Below are positions 45,358-46,634 of a stretch of DNA of 46,634 bases, piece by piece (the stretch's first letter is position 1; each line of letters opens with the position of its first letter). The notes under the pieces are model-generated. The model worked only from the letters and a program-made list of their open reading frames with translations. It was not told the origin of the DNA and made no database searches. A program made the translations under genes and the position numbers. Origin of the DNA: Treponema sp. UBA1240 (lineage in GTDB: Bacteria; Spirochaetota; Spirochaetia; Treponematales; Treponemataceae); contig DBWK01000063.1 in NCBI GenBank assembly GCA_002308875.1, forward strand, positions 42,495-89,128. Reading direction: 5' to 3'.

Positions 45358-45963
45358 TTACGGAAAAATGTATTTCATTGCTTCCTTGAGTTCAGGGTCA
45401 TCCTTATAATAGTTTTCTTCAAGCTCTTCCTGTGAAAGACCTACAAGTTCGTGACTCATATAGTGAATCCAGCGGTCTTCTTCCGGCTTGGTAATTTCAA
45501 ATTTGCGGCACCAGTAGTCCGGCTGAATCGGAAGCTGAGTTTCTTTGTATGTAAAATACTTGTAATCATGAACGGCAACTTTTATATCTTTACGCGGAAT
45601 ACCTTTTTCAAGGAGAACGTCAACAAGATAATTGATTGTCTTGCCGGTATCAAAAATATCATCAACCAAAAGAATTTTGTCGCCGGGACGCAGATGTTCC
45701 GGTGAATAAGTCCAGCCGTCAATCATAACCCTGTCACGCTGTCTTATGTCCGTATATGAACGTGCAACAACAGCCGCATACAAAACCGGATGAACGTCTT
45801 TGCGGGCAAGCTTAAAGTATTCGCTTACAACGTTTGCAACGTACGCGCCGCCACGGAGTGAAACGTAAATAACATCGGGAATAAATCCGTCCTGAATGAT
45901 TTTATATGCCATTTTCAGAGAATTGTTCCGAACTTTATCATAAGGCAAAAATTCTTTATGCAT
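45358..45963 (-). CDS. type I phosphoribosyltransferase (purine PRT-like)
   Basis: 201 aa with the PRPP loop ILLVDDIFDTGKTI. GAGAGGA upstream. Confidence 0.7.
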   Translation of the reverse strand: MHKEFLPYDKVRNNSLKMAYKIIQDGFIPDVIYVSLRGGAYVANVVSEYFKLARKDVHPVLYAAVVARSYTDIRQRDRVMIDGWTYSPEHLRPGDKILLVDDIFDTGKTINYLVDVLLEKGIPRKDIKVAVHDYKYFTYKETQLPIQPDYWCRKFEITKPEEDRWIHYMSHELVGLSQEELEENYYKDDPELKEAMKYIFP

Positions 45964-46020
45964 AATATCCTCTCTATAAATACTAATTTTACAGCTAAAA
46001 CTTTAAAAAAACAATATTGC

Positions 46021-46049
46021 TGTACACCAAATTCAAATTGTGCTATATT
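46021..46049 (+). promoter_or_regulatory. candidate sigma70 promoter for the binding-protein gene
   Basis: TGTACA (46021-46026), N17, TGc-TATATT (-10 at 46044-46049). GGAGG at 46063-46067 precedes the ATG at 46078. Confidence 0.4.
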
Positions 46050-46077
46050 TTCTGAAAGAATTGGAGGTGTTTCTATT

Positions 46078-46634
46078 ATGAAAAAAATTCTTACTCTTTT
46101 GATTGCAGTATGTTTGCTGACTTCTGCTGTTTTTGCTGGCGGAAAAAAGGAAAAGGTTGTTATTAATTCTGCAGCAGACCTCGCAGGTAAAAAAATCGGT
46201 GTACAGGCAGGTACAACCGGCGAAATGTGGGTTGAAGAAAATGTTGAAGGTGCAAAGATTTCTTCTTTCAAAACAGGAATAGATGCGGCACTTGACCTTA
46301 AGAACGGTGCAATCGACGCTGTTGTTCTTGATGAACTTCCTGCAAAGGAAATTGTTTCACGCAACAAGAATCTTACTATTGTAAAAGATAATTTTGCACG
46401 CGAAGAATACGCTATCGCTGTAAAAAAAGGCAATCCCGAACTGCTTGATTCAATCAACAAAACAATTGAAACAATGAAAGCAAACGGCGACTATGAAAAA
46501 CTTGTAAACGCATTCATGCCTGTTGACGGCAAAATTGTTATTCCTGCTGACAAAACAGATAGTTCTGCTTCAAAAATTGTTAAGCTCGGAACAAACGCCG
46601 CATTCCCACCGTTTGAATATGTTGAAGGAAAAGA
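46078..46634 (+). CDS. family-3 (amino-acid type) solute-binding protein, partial (continues beyond the right edge)
   Basis: My translation from ATG 46078: MKKILTLLIAVCLLTSAVFAGG.., ..DLAGKKIGVQAGTTGE.., ..AIDAVVLDELPAKE.., ..YAIAVKKGNPELLDSINKTIETMKANGDYEKLVNAF.., then ..KIVKLGTNAAFPPFEYVEGK. It is absent from the ORF track because there is no stop in the window. Confidence 0.8.
   Translation, partial: MKKILTLLIAVCLLTSAVFAGGKKEKVVINSAADLAGKKIGVQAGTTGEMWVEENVEGAKISSFKTGIDAALDLKNGAIDAVVLDELPAKEIVSRNKNLTIVKDNFAREEYAIAVKKGNPELLDSINKTIETMKANGDYEKLVNAFMPVDGKIVIPADKTDSSASKIVKLGTNAAFPPFEYVEGK

Noticed and set aside
45915-46460. 181-aa minus-strand ORF spanning the intergenic region and the binding-protein gene.
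   Set aside because: It is antisense to a CDS with a clear signal peptide and SBP motifs, and it runs through a promoter region.

Overview
This is a compact, almost fully coding chromosomal segment with about 46 CDS on both strands. It reads like a Treponema-type spirochaete genome. That is an inference from the A/V-type ATPase operon, a 7TMR-DISM/SpoIIE receptor, relaxed lipoboxes, and LTD and SPOR proteins; I could not run a search to confirm it. All calls rest on motif recognition by eye (no BLAST or HMM), and several ORF-track starts were moved to better-supported internal ATG/GTG codons.

Gene order, left to right:
- secG-ptsN-V-ATPase (G,C,I,K,F,E,A...) operon on the minus strand
- dat-ddc-pncC
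- an OppA-like lipoprotein
- a 7TMR-DISM/PP2C receptor plus a methyltransferase
- a thioesterase, a U32 protein and an LTD lipoprotein
- clpP, a UPF0158-like/GNAT fusion and a stand-alone DbpA RNA-binding domain
- COG0523 GTPase plus an RNB exoribonuclease
- a UgtP-like glycosyltransferase
- rimO-rodZ-lolA-like
- a tautomerase plus a double-cNMP Crp-like regulator
- a PHP (TrpH) protein
- an OMP barrel, a lipoprotein and a long rarA
- folD-folE2-miaB-lapA-SPOR
- an orphan response regulator
- a 487-aa secreted protein
- PRT, a 783-aa beta-helix protein and rnhB
- a partial amino-acid binding protein

I found no rRNA or tRNA genes, no CRISPR array, no transposase, integrase or phage genes, and no recognisable defence or toxin-antitoxin module. 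Every gap over 100 bp is an AT-rich promoter region. I therefore cannot point to a self-contained novel system with confidence.

The best leads are:
- a response regulator with Glu at the phospho-acceptor site
- a RarA with a roughly 320-aa degenerate Rossmann-like tail, co-operonic with envelope genes
- a COG0523-RNB pair behind an apparently leaderless promoter
- the clpP/GNAT/DbpA-RBD trio
- a dat-ddc pair with an operator-like inverted repeat
- a domain-permuted binding protein at the right edge
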